DNA of 64,000 bases from Spirochaetaceae bacterium (GTDB lineage Bacteria; Spirochaetota; Spirochaetia; DSM-2461), in NCBI GenBank assembly GCA_051531975.1, contig JAOPTT010000002.1, positions 313,968-377,967 of the forward strand, in the 5' to 3' direction. Of the stretch, positions 40,670 through 50,004 are shown piece by piece; position 1 is the first letter of the stretch, and the number at the start of each line of letters is the position of its first letter. Below the pieces are notes generated by a model, which was not told the DNA's origin, did not search any database, and saw only the letters and a list, made by a program, of their open reading frames with translations. Position numbers and translations under genes: made by a program.

Positions 40670-41179
40670 ATGATTGACGAAGAGTATGCAAAATTATTAA
40701 GAGAAGCTGAACTAGACTATGAGAACAATAAAAAGTTTGTCATGGTACTTAAGAATGTAAGAGCTAAAAACCTTGATAGAGAGTTTAATGTTCTACATGA
40801 TAGAGCTTTTGAAGAGATTGATTGTTTAAAGTGTGGAAACTGCTGTAGAACTGTCGCTCCTATATATCAGCAAAAAGATATTGTTAGATTGGCTAAAAGA
40901 TTTAACTGTCGTCCTATTGTTTGGGAAAAAGAATATACTGATGTAGATGATGACAATGATAGAATTGCAAAGACAACTCCATGCCCATTTCTTGCAGAAG
41001 ACAACTATTGTATCTATTACGAAGACAAACCAAAATATTGTAGAGATTACCCATACACAGATAAAACTAGGCTACGAAACTATTTAAGAGAAACAATGCA
41101 AAATACGAAAGTATGCCCTGCTGTTTACTTAATGGTTAAGTGGTTAAAAGAGAGTGTAAACAACGGTACGCTTAGATAA
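40670..41179 (+). CDS. YkgJ family cysteine cluster (CxxCxxCC) protein
   Basis: CLKCGNCC...CPFL...CIYYEDKPKYCRDYP. Confidence 0.9.
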   Translation: MIDEEYAKLLREAELDYENNKKFVMVLKNVRAKNLDREFNVLHDRAFEEIDCLKCGNCCRTVAPIYQQKDIVRLAKRFNCRPIVWEKEYTDVDDDNDRIAKTTPCPFLAEDNYCIYYEDKPKYCRDYPYTDKTRLRNYLRETMQNTKVCPAVYLMVKWLKESVNNGTLR

Positions 41180-41232
41180 ATTTTGCTTGATCCTGGAGTG
41201 TCACTTTTGATATTGTAGGATCAAGCAAAATT
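41179..41232. repeat. 16-bp perfect inverted repeat forming a long hairpin
   Basis: AATTTTGCTTGATCCT (41179-41194) and AGGATCAAGCAAAATT (41217-41232). Confidence 0.85.
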
Positions 41233-41278
41233 AAAATTAGATCCTAATTAAATAAACCAACATCTTTATGTTTAATGT

Positions 41279-41306
41279 AAAAAAAAGCCACCCTAAGGTG
41301 ACTTTT
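41279..41306 (-). terminator. Terminator of the Lol-like operon
   Basis: Minus strand AAAAGTCACC-ttag-GGTGGCTTTT plus a U-run. Confidence 0.8.
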
Positions 41307-41325
41307 ATAACAACAATGAATGGTC

Positions 41326-42810
41326 TTAGAAACTTCCACCACCTAGGTTAACAGTTAAACTAATAGCAAACTCATCACCAAAATCATATTCGTCTCCATC
41401 ATCACTAACATCGAAAGTTGCACCTAATGACATTGAAAGATCATCAAACAGTGAATAAGTTATAGATGGTTTGATAAATCCTGATACATCAACAAGGTTT
41501 AATAGTGAAAATGCACTAATTGATAAATCTTCGTTATCAAAAAGATTACTAATACTAAAACTAAGACCTAAATAATGTTTATGTCTGTTTGTTAAATCAC
41601 TAAATCCTACTCCATCAGCTAACAAAGGTGCTAATGTCACGGCAGCAGAAAGATCTTCCTGAGCCATAAGTGAATATAGTGCTGTGACATCCTTCACAAT
41701 TGTTGAATCACTATCATAACCTTCACCATTATAATAATACTGCCCAATAAATCTGAAACTATTTTCTAGTATATCTTTAGACCACATAAAACCAGCTGTA
41801 CCATTAAAAAACAGTTTTTCGTCGTAAGTAGTTGTAGTATAATCATCTTCTATAAAGGTTTTATCTGAACCATATAGTCCTACTGCTTCACCAAAAAATG
41901 ACCACTGACCAAAGTTTGAATTTGTACCATATGTTGCACTAACCATTCCTCTAGGAGCACTATCTTTCTGATAATAGAAACCTGTACTAACTTCAGTTTC
42001 ACCTAATAATATCTGATACATAGGTGCTACAATTAGGTCTGAAATACTAGCATCTGATGAGTCCTCAAATACTGAATTTGGAACTGTAATAAAAGTATAT
42101 AAATTATCAAGTCCAAAAGGCATACTCATCTTTATTGCAATAGGTCCTTCTCTATCAGCTTCAGGATTTTCTGGATCTATAGATTCTAGACTTAAAAAAT
42201 CTGCAGGACTGAAGAAATAACCTACACCCCATTTTGCATTTTGCTTTCCAACTCTAAAAAACAGTTTATTATCATAATTAAAGTCTGTAAAAAGCTCCTC
42301 AATTGTAATTGCTGGAATCTGAACTTCAGCAAAATTACCTTCAAGAACATCTCCTGGGTTATCTGAATCTTCTAACAGTGCGTTAGCAGAATTGTAGAAT
42401 GGTATTGAAGTTGAAACTTTACCATAATATCTAGTTGAATCCGTTGGTCTTGCATTAAAATACAAAGTAGCACTTAGATCAGGAGAAAAAGTCTCCTCAT
42501 TCTCATCTGGATCTGCTAAGTCACTAAAACCAGGCAGGTCCGTATAAGTTAATCCAGCAGAGATTGAAGCAGAAAATGAACCGCCCCACTCAACACCCTT
42601 AGTTGTTAAAAGTTCAGAGGAAGTTTCAGCAACCTGGTCAGATGTATCTTCTACAACCTCCAAGAAAGAGTCATCTCCTTCTTCTCCAAACATATCGTCA
42701 AAATCAAAATTCTCTAGGTCTACATCGTCTGAGAAGAAATCCTCACCGACCTCTTCTGCAAAGATAAAAAACGATGAACACATCAGTATAATTGCTAATA
42801 TTTTTTTCAT
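41326..42810 (-). CDS. Putative outer-membrane beta-barrel with an acidic N-terminal tail
   Basis: Signal peptide, amphipathic strands, RVGKQNAKWGVGYFFSPAD motif, terminal Phe. Confidence 0.7.
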   Translation of the reverse strand: MKKILAIILMCSSFFIFAEEVGEDFFSDDVDLENFDFDDMFGEEGDDSFLEVVEDTSDQVAETSSELLTTKGVEWGGSFSASISAGLTYTDLPGFSDLADPDENEETFSPDLSATLYFNARPTDSTRYYGKVSTSIPFYNSANALLEDSDNPGDVLEGNFAEVQIPAITIEELFTDFNYDNKLFFRVGKQNAKWGVGYFFSPADFLSLESIDPENPEADREGPIAIKMSMPFGLDNLYTFITVPNSVFEDSSDASISDLIVAPMYQILLGETEVSTGFYYQKDSAPRGMVSATYGTNSNFGQWSFFGEAVGLYGSDKTFIEDDYTTTTYDEKLFFNGTAGFMWSKDILENSFRFIGQYYYNGEGYDSDSTIVKDVTALYSLMAQEDLSAAVTLAPLLADGVGFSDLTNRHKHYLGLSFSISNLFDNEDLSISAFSLLNLVDVSGFIKPSITYSLFDDLSMSLGATFDVSDDGDEYDFGDEFAISLTVNLGGGSF

Positions 42811-42816
42811 AATTAC

Positions 42817-43566
42817 CTACTTATTATTTATTCTTTCTAAATATGCCTTTGTAAATACATCATCTGGTATTTTTGCATTAGAGATATTTGATACCGACAT
42901 CTGAGTCTTTTCACCTTTTTTTAAGTTATCTTGGATAAGTGTCTGTGATGCCATATATTTTCCACCAACAGTTGTCCATTTAGGAATGATAATAGTTCGA
43001 ACTAATCTATCCGATAGAGAGTACTCTTCCTGCTTCAAAGGTAGACCTTTATCTTTTCTAATCCATATTTTTAACTTTGGAGTTGTAACTTCATTTGTTT
43101 TAGCTTCTAGAGTCAGGATATGTACAGAAATTTTTCCTAACTTACTCTCTGCTGTATCTACAATGTTATAGTCTTCAACATATGAAGATGCTCTAACATC
43201 GTTATTTTGAGCATCAGAATCACCAATGTTCTCTTTTAACGAGAAGTGAGAAAACTTTCTACTACCTGGGTCGTAACTCCATGCATTATCACCTGACATT
43301 AAAAAACCCTGTCCTTTATCAACTTCTGGTTTTAAAAATAGGTATAAAGCATTCTCTTCAGAATCTCTTCTAAATATCTGAATTTTAGTTACACTTTTAT
43401 CTTCACCTGGCTTTGTAGAAACTATTGTCCACACCATTGATAAATCCATTCCTTCAAAATCTTGTAAATCGTCAAGTTTTTGTAAAATGCCATTATAATC
43501 TGTCTCTGCGAAGGATGACGTCATCCCAAACAAAGCTAATGTTAAAATCAATATTATTTTTTTCAT
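42817..43566 (-). CDS. LolA-like outer-membrane lipoprotein-sorting protein (start reassigned to ATG 43566)
   Basis: AGGAG SD and signal peptide MKKIILIL; FLKPEVDKGQGFL...WSYDP, IGDSDA, IPDDVFTKAYLE. Confidence 0.85.
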   Translation of the reverse strand: MKKIILILTLALFGMTSSFAETDYNGILQKLDDLQDFEGMDLSMVWTIVSTKPGEDKSVTKIQIFRRDSEENALYLFLKPEVDKGQGFLMSGDNAWSYDPGSRKFSHFSLKENIGDSDAQNNDVRASSYVEDYNIVDTAESKLGKISVHILTLEAKTNEVTTPKLKIWIRKDKGLPLKQEEYSLSDRLVRTIIIPKWTTVGGKYMASQTLIQDNLKKGEKTQMSVSNISNAKIPDDVFTKAYLERINNK

Positions 43567-43650
43567 GTTAACTCCTATCTTAGGTTGCATTGTCGAGCAG
43601 TATTCGTAGAATACGACCCACAAAGCATGTCTTTGTGTATATAACTAAAC

Positions 43651-44958
43651 TTAGTACATCGAGGCTATAGCTTTAGCCGGGTCTAATTTTGCTGCGTTAT
43701 TAGCTGGGAATAGCACTACAAGTACTGTTAAACCACTAACTAAAACTACATTTCTTAATATTATGAAAAATGATGGGATAAATAACAAATGCCCATTATT
43801 TAATAGTAGAGCTATGAAACTCTCTGTTCCAAAGTTTATAAAACTTAGACCAAATGCTACAATTCCAGATAATAAAACACCAGATAATGAACCAGCTAAG
43901 GCTAAAAACATTCCTTCAAATAGGAATATAGCTCTAATACCACTCTTTTGCATTCCCATAGCTCTCATAGAACCAATCTCTTTAACTCTGTCGTACATAA
44001 TCATTCTAAATGTATTTGCAATACCAACAATAATTACCATAAACAGAATACCTAAAACAACTAAACTAATAATGTCTATTACTTTAATAAATACATCAGT
44101 AAAACTAGTCATCTCAGTAATTGTCATAAGTCTATATCGATCTCCAAACCATTCTGGTTCTTTAGTACTAAATGCTAATGACATCATATTTGGACCATCA
44201 CCACCAGTTTCTCTCTCTTTAAATTGAAAATGTGCACTTAGTTGTTCATATAGAGTATCTGCATAACCATCTACTAAATCGATATCGTCAACTGTTAATA
44301 TAATTGACTGAAAGTCATCAGGTTGAAGACCAATCAGACTGTTTAAGAATGATAGATTGGCATAACCTGTAGAAGATGCAAAAAAGCTACTAGATTTTAA
44401 TATACCTACAACTTTAAAATCTGCGACATTAACTTGACCAGTAATTGAGTTTAATTTTGCTATTACGTAATCCCCAACTATAACGTCTAAATCCTCAGCC
44501 ATTTTATCAGTAATTAATATTGCATCTGGTTGGTTTATATCTTCTAAACTTCCTTCTACAAAATTAAAACCTTTTTTAACTTCTTCTTCGACATCCCAGT
44601 TCATTCCATTTAAACTAGATCTGGAACTATTATCTGAAAATATAAGTTCTACACGAACATCACATCTTTTATTTATTTTTGTAATTGGAACACCAGAGTC
44701 CTCAATCATGTTCAGGATTGCTTCTTTGTCAGCCATGTTAGAAATTACTTTTCCACTCTCTAGCTTTTGTTCTCCACCAATTATAATATGTCCATCTAAC
44801 ATTTTAGTAATATTTGTACTCATGGATTCAACAACTCCAAAAGATAACATACTAACAAGTGTTACAATAAAAAGTCCAAATGCAATTGCTGCCGCAGGTA
44901 AGAAGGATCTCTTTTTCTCCCTTAATATATTTCTTAAGGCCATTTTTATATATTTCAT
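43651..44958 (-). CDS. FtsX/LolE-like ABC permease
   Basis: MALRNILREKKRS, a 1+3 TM layout, DRVKEIGSMRAMG, PANNAAKLDP. Confidence 0.9.
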   Translation of the reverse strand: MKYIKMALRNILREKKRSFLPAAAIAFGLFIVTLVSMLSFGVVESMSTNITKMLDGHIIIGGEQKLESGKVISNMADKEAILNMIEDSGVPITKINKRCDVRVELIFSDNSSRSSLNGMNWDVEEEVKKGFNFVEGSLEDINQPDAILITDKMAEDLDVIVGDYVIAKLNSITGQVNVADFKVVGILKSSSFFASSTGYANLSFLNSLIGLQPDDFQSIILTVDDIDLVDGYADTLYEQLSAHFQFKERETGGDGPNMMSLAFSTKEPEWFGDRYRLMTITEMTSFTDVFIKVIDIISLVVLGILFMVIIVGIANTFRMIMYDRVKEIGSMRAMGMQKSGIRAIFLFEGMFLALAGSLSGVLLSGIVAFGLSFINFGTESFIALLLNNGHLLFIPSFFIILRNVVLVSGLTVLVVLFPANNAAKLDPAKAIASMY

Positions 44959-44967
44959 ATCCCCTCC

Positions 44968-46446
44968 CTAACTCTGTATCGCTTTAATAGGATCTATTTT
45001 TAATGCTATGGACACTGGATAAAAACTAGATACTATTCCAATTAGTATACTAACCCCATAACCTAATAATATTGTTTTAAGACTTGTCACTGGGTATAAA
45101 ACCTCTCCAGCAAATAGTGCTTCTAAAATTGCATTTCCATTAAATGATATTCCAACTTTATTGAATATTAAGAGAACAATCAGACCCATAATTATTCCTA
45201 TAGTTCCAAATACTATGGATATGGTGAAAGTCTCTGCAATAAACAGTCTTCTAACAAATCCTTTTTGGGCACCAACAGCTCTCATTGTTCCAATTTCAGA
45301 TGTTCTCTCCATTATTGATACAACTAGAGTATTCATAATTATAATAACAGTTACGATAGCAACAATAATAATGAAGATGTTAATTACAAATTTTAATTGG
45401 TTTATAGTTTCACCTGTTGTTCCAGCGGACTCTTCCCATGTTTGAACTTGTAATGGAATATCATTTTCTAATGACCATGCCTCAATATCTGCTTTAACAT
45501 TATCGATATCACTAATTTTATTTAACATTAAAAGTGTAAAGTTCCATGTTCCTGTACTTGGCTGAGTTAATGCATCTCTAACAGATAGATCACCTAATAC
45601 TTCATCAAAGTCAAAGGATTCATCAATACTTCCCTCTTCAATCTCTTCTGAAAACATTGAGTCAAAATCGAAATCACCATCTAGCAGTTCTAAATCAGAA
45701 TCTTCAACATCGATTTCATCAACAGTTCCAACAATCATCCTAGCTAATATTCTATAGGACTCAACATCTATAATACTCATATTAAAAACAGAGCTATTTC
45801 CATTTTTATACTTAAAGATACCTTTTAAAGGTACTTCGTGTAGTTTCATTCCCCCAGATATAGATTGAAAAGTAACTATATCACCAACTTTAAGGTCTTT
45901 ATCTAGTTCTTCTTGAATATCTTCGATTAACCTATAGTTTAAAATAACACCCTGCTCGTTAGAATTTAGAAATTCTCCTTCTAACATTTCGATATTATCT
46001 GGGAACATTACTGTGTATGAATCAGGATCAATTCCCCATAACTGGGTAAATGCAACATTATCCATAGTTTCATCAAACTTAATCAGGGTTCTAACTCCAG
46101 CAGTTTGCGAGTTTACAGCTTTAGCTTTTGGAATACTATTTAAATATTCGTATACTTTAACATACTCAGGTATTGTTGGGTTTGGTGAATCCCCCATCAT
46201 CTGCGCAGTCATTCCAGCTTCAAATCCAAAGGCAGACATTTTACCTTCATCCATCTTTTTAGATACTAAAAGGTGAGCAGTATAGTTTTCTATAAAAACT
46301 TCTTTACTACCTTTCTCTGCGGAATCAAGGATAGAGTTACTTAAAATCATAACCATAATTCCAATTGCAATTAAGATACCTATAATAAGAGTCTTTGCTT
46401 TATGCTCTCTTAGGTTTCTTATTGCTATTTTTTCAATAGTTCCCAT
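44968..46446 (-). CDS. FtsX/LolC-like ABC permease with an acidic periplasmic insertion
   Basis: IAIRNLREH, ERTSEIGTMRAVGA, YPVSIALKIDPI. Confidence 0.9.
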   Translation of the reverse strand: MGTIEKIAIRNLREHKAKTLIIGILIAIGIMVMILSNSILDSAEKGSKEVFIENYTAHLLVSKKMDEGKMSAFGFEAGMTAQMMGDSPNPTIPEYVKVYEYLNSIPKAKAVNSQTAGVRTLIKFDETMDNVAFTQLWGIDPDSYTVMFPDNIEMLEGEFLNSNEQGVILNYRLIEDIQEELDKDLKVGDIVTFQSISGGMKLHEVPLKGIFKYKNGNSSVFNMSIIDVESYRILARMIVGTVDEIDVEDSDLELLDGDFDFDSMFSEEIEEGSIDESFDFDEVLGDLSVRDALTQPSTGTWNFTLLMLNKISDIDNVKADIEAWSLENDIPLQVQTWEESAGTTGETINQLKFVINIFIIIVAIVTVIIIMNTLVVSIMERTSEIGTMRAVGAQKGFVRRLFIAETFTISIVFGTIGIIMGLIVLLIFNKVGISFNGNAILEALFAGEVLYPVTSLKTILLGYGVSILIGIVSSFYPVSIALKIDPIKAIQS

Positions 46447-46449
46447 AAT

Positions 46450-47148
46450 TTACCTACTAGTTCTCTCATTTTTAATTATCTGACCATCTTTTAATCTAAT
46501 AATATGGTCAGCCATATCTACAATAGTTGCGTCATGTGTTGAGAAGATAAAAGTTGTATTCTGTTCTCTATTAATCTTCTTCATTAAATTAAGAATATCT
46601 TCTCCAGTTTTTGAGTCTAGGTTTGCAGTTGGCTCATCTGCTAATACAATCTCTGGTTTTGTAACTAATGCTCTAGCAATAGCAACTCTCTGTCTCTGTC
46701 CACCAGACAGTTCGTTAGATCTGTTTTTAATTCTATCAGCTAATCCAACTTCTTCGATTAAGTGTTGTATCCACTCTTTCTCTTCTGCTCTGTTACCCCG
46801 TTTACCATCACCTAAAAGTAGTGGAAACTCTATGTTCTCATATACGTTTAATACAGGTATTAAGTTAAATGATTGGAAAATAAAACCTAATGTATCGTGT
46901 CTAAGGTTAGTAATTGTTTTATCTTTTAATCCTCTAGTATTAATTCCATTTATTAGAACGTCACCTTCGGTAGCTGTATCTATACAACCTATCATATTTA
47001 ATATAGTAGATTTACCTGACCCAGATGGACCTGCTATTGATACAAAATCCCCTTTTGTTATTTCGAATGAAACACCACGGACTGCATGTACCTCAGTTTT
47101 CCCGAGAGGATATATCTTATGAACATCCTTTAGTTCTACAATTGCCAT
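46450..47148 (-). CDS. LolD/MacB-type ABC ATPase
   Basis: GPSGSGKST, GFIFQSFNL, LSGGQRQR, ADEPTANLD, STHD. Confidence 0.95.
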   Translation of the reverse strand: MAIVELKDVHKIYPLGKTEVHAVRGVSFEITKGDFVSIAGPSGSGKSTILNMIGCIDTATEGDVLINGINTRGLKDKTITNLRHDTLGFIFQSFNLIPVLNVYENIEFPLLLGDGKRGNRAEEKEWIQHLIEEVGLADRIKNRSNELSGGQRQRVAIARALVTKPEIVLADEPTANLDSKTGEDILNLMKKINREQNTTFIFSTHDATIVDMADHIIRLKDGQIIKNERTSR

Positions 47149-47368
47149 ATAATTAATCTCCTTTTATGTTATTTAAACTAATATTTTTATGAAATCTATT
47201 ACTATAAAATAATAAATTTACACAAAGTAATCAAATATAATTGCTTCTGATACTCAATATACTTACAAAATGTTAAAAAAACATTGGTTAATTCTTAAGA
47301 GTTTATTAATTTGAAATTGACTTTAATAGTAATGAGTACTAACCTAACTATTACTAACTGGAGGAATT

Positions 47369-48583
47369 ATGGAACTTTTAGCACCAGCAGGAAATATAGA
47401 GAAACTTAAATACGCCTACGAATACGGGGCAGATGCAGCATATATAGGTATTAGAAACTTTAGTTTACGGGCTAAGGCGGACAACTTTAAAGAAAACGAA
47501 CACCTAGAAATCGCAAAAATTAAGGGTGATAAAAAACTTTATTGTGCCTTAAATATATATTTTATGAACGAGGATATTAAAAAACTAGAGGCGGAACTTG
47601 AATATTTTCAGCAGTACCCATTTGATGGTTTTATAATAAGTGACCTTGGAATACTTAATTTAATGAAGAAGTATTTTCCAGATAAAGAACTACATCTTAG
47701 TACTCAAGCAAACTGTACAAATAGTGAAGTTGCCAAATTGTATTACGATCTAGGTTTTAGTAGAATTGTACCAGCTAGAGAGATATCTTTAAAAAATATA
47801 TCGGAAATTAAAACTGCTGTTCCAAATCTAGAAATTGAGTGTTTTGCCCATGGAGCGATGTGTATTGCTTATTCAGGCCGTTGCTTTTTAAGTAGTTGGA
47901 TGACAGATCGGTCAGCAAATCAAGGTAGTTGTTCACACTCATGTCGTTGGGATTATAAAGTATTGGAAGAAGGTAAACGACCTGGAGAGTACTACCCTAT
48001 TGAAGAACATGAACATGGTGTTTCAATAATGTCATCAAAAGATATTTCTATGATTAATCACTTAAAAGATATGAGAGATGCTGGAGTTGATAGTCTTAAA
48101 ATAGAAGGAAGGATGAAATCCATCTACTACACTTCAGTTGTAACAAGAGCATACCGGAAAACTTTAGATGACTTAAATGGTATAGATGTTCCTAATTTAA
48201 AAGGTTACCAAGACGAAATTAACAAAGTGAGCCACAGAGAGTTCTCTACTGGTTTTTACTACGACAACGCGGACATTTCCCGTTCTAGTAAAGAGTCATA
48301 CTCTAGAGAGTTTGTATTTTTAGGTGCAATTGGCCGGAAACAAGCTGATGGAACCTATCTAATAGATGTTAAAAACCAGATTGTCGAAGGTGATGATTTA
48401 GAATTTATTGGTCCTGACCTACTATATATTAAAGATAGTACCTTTGAGTTATTTGATAAAAACAAAGAAAGAACAAATAAAACAGACCACTGTAAAACAT
48501 CTTTTATTAAAACTAGTGTCCCTGTGAAAGAGGGTTATATTATTAGAAAACAAGCCCCAGAACTTCTAGGTGGAAACAGATAA
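47369..48583 (+). CDS. U32 peptidase family Fe-S protein (TrhP/YegQ-like tRNA hydroxylation protein)
   Basis: ELLAPAG, HLSTQA, HGAMCIAYSGRC...CSHSCRW, LKIEGRMKS; upstream TTGACT-17-TAACCT promoter. Confidence 0.9.
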   Translation: MELLAPAGNIEKLKYAYEYGADAAYIGIRNFSLRAKADNFKENEHLEIAKIKGDKKLYCALNIYFMNEDIKKLEAELEYFQQYPFDGFIISDLGILNLMKKYFPDKELHLSTQANCTNSEVAKLYYDLGFSRIVPAREISLKNISEIKTAVPNLEIECFAHGAMCIAYSGRCFLSSWMTDRSANQGSCSHSCRWDYKVLEEGKRPGEYYPIEEHEHGVSIMSSKDISMINHLKDMRDAGVDSLKIEGRMKSIYYTSVVTRAYRKTLDDLNGIDVPNLKGYQDEINKVSHREFSTGFYYDNADISRSSKESYSREFVFLGAIGRKQADGTYLIDVKNQIVEGDDLEFIGPDLLYIKDSTFELFDKNKERTNKTDHCKTSFIKTSVPVKEGYIIRKQAPELLGGNR

Positions 48584-49946
48584 CATAGTGAAAAAACAGC
48601 TTCTTGTTCTATTTTTTCTTTTAACTTCTTTTGTTAAAATATCATCTCATCCCCATGTCTTTATTGATATTGGGTTAGAGATATTAGAATTAAATAGAGC
48701 AAGGATCTCTTGGACTTTTGATCCTTTAGAATCAGAAAACAAAATCTATTTTTTTGATGATGATGTCGATGGCATTTTAAGTTCAAAAGAAGTGACAACA
48801 CTATATGATGAAGGTTTTAAAAACATTCAGGAGTACAACTATTTTATTATATTAAAATCCGATGGGTTACAGCAGCCAGTTCAAGAAGTATCAGATTTTA
48901 ACGCATATATCGAAGAAGATAGACGTCTAACTTTTACCTTTATTATCGATCTCCCAGAACTAGGAAGTGATAATAAATTATCTATCAGCCATTTTGATAC
49001 ATCATATTTTATAGCTTTTGCAGATCCTGATAAAAACAATATTATATTAAATGAAAATTTGTTCTCTGCAGTACTTAAAAATTCTAATAGACCATTCTAT
49101 TATGACCCTAATGCTGGTAGAGGTGAAATATTAGATACTTCAAATCCTAAACCGGGTTGGATAAAAGCTTACTTAACAGAAGTTTTTATTAGTACAGATC
49201 CAATATTAAGTTCTTTTGGTGACTATAAAATAAATTTGAAAGAGAGTTTAACTCAACTGCAAAGATTAGTGTATATTAAGCTTTCAGAATATCTTGTATT
49301 AGTGAGAGAGAAGCCATCAGCTGTATGGTTTATTTTACTATTTTCTCTTATTTATGGTGTTGTTCACGCTTTAGGTCCAGGACATAGAAAAATTGTTATT
49401 TCATCATATATTTTATCAAAAGATAGTATATCCTACAGTAAGGCAATTGGTATTAGTATAGGCTCAGCCTTAATTCATTCAGGAACTGGAGTTTTATCCA
49501 TACTTCTACTAAATGTGATATTCCAAAGTATAAAACCACTTTTTATAACGAATATAACAACATATTTAGAAATTATTAGTTACGGTTCTATTTTAGTTTT
49601 ATCATTAGTTCTAATATTTTTAAAACTATTTAGAAGAAAAAGTAATACTAAAGACAAACCTGTAGGTCTATCACTTATTATTTTATCAAGCCTAGTACCC
49701 TGTCCTGGTGCTATTACTATAATGCTCTTCTCATTATCATTAAATATGTTAACTATTGGTGCCATTACGGTGCTATTTATGTCTTTAGGAATGGCTACTA
49801 CACTCTCTGTAATATCGATAATAACATTAAAAGGTAAACACCTAGTAAATAACAGTGGGAAGTTTAAAGTTATAACTAAGATTCTAGAATGGACTGGACT
49901 TATTTTACTACTACTATTTTCTATTTTTATGATTATAAATGTATAA
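48570..49946 (+). CDS. Fusion of a DUF1007-like periplasmic domain and an RcnA/NicO-like Ni/Co transporter (start possibly GTG 48588)
   Basis: Signal peptide then HPHVFID (DUF1007-type N-terminus); C-terminal YGVVHALGPGHRK, ALIH, LVPCPGA, MSLGMA. Confidence 0.8.
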   Translation: METDNIVKKQLLVLFFLLTSFVKISSHPHVFIDIGLEILELNRARISWTFDPLESENKIYFFDDDVDGILSSKEVTTLYDEGFKNIQEYNYFIILKSDGLQQPVQEVSDFNAYIEEDRRLTFTFIIDLPELGSDNKLSISHFDTSYFIAFADPDKNNIILNENLFSAVLKNSNRPFYYDPNAGRGEILDTSNPKPGWIKAYLTEVFISTDPILSSFGDYKINLKESLTQLQRLVYIKLSEYLVLVREKPSAVWFILLFSLIYGVVHALGPGHRKIVISSYILSKDSISYSKAIGISIGSALIHSGTGVLSILLLNVIFQSIKPLFITNITTYLEIISYGSILVLSLVLIFLKLFRRKSNTKDKPVGLSLIILSSLVPCPGAITIMLFSLSLNMLTIGAITVLFMSLGMATTLSVISIITLKGKHLVNNSGKFKVITKILEWTGLILLLLFSIFMIINV

Positions 49947-49952
49947 TATAAA

Positions 49953-49984
49953 AATAATAGGCTCCTATTTTGAAGCCTATTATT
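49953..49984. terminator. Bidirectional hairpin between convergent genes
   Basis: AATAATAGGCT...AGCCTATTATT. Confidence 0.65.
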
Positions 49985-50004
49985 GTAGTTTAACTATTAT
50001 TCTT

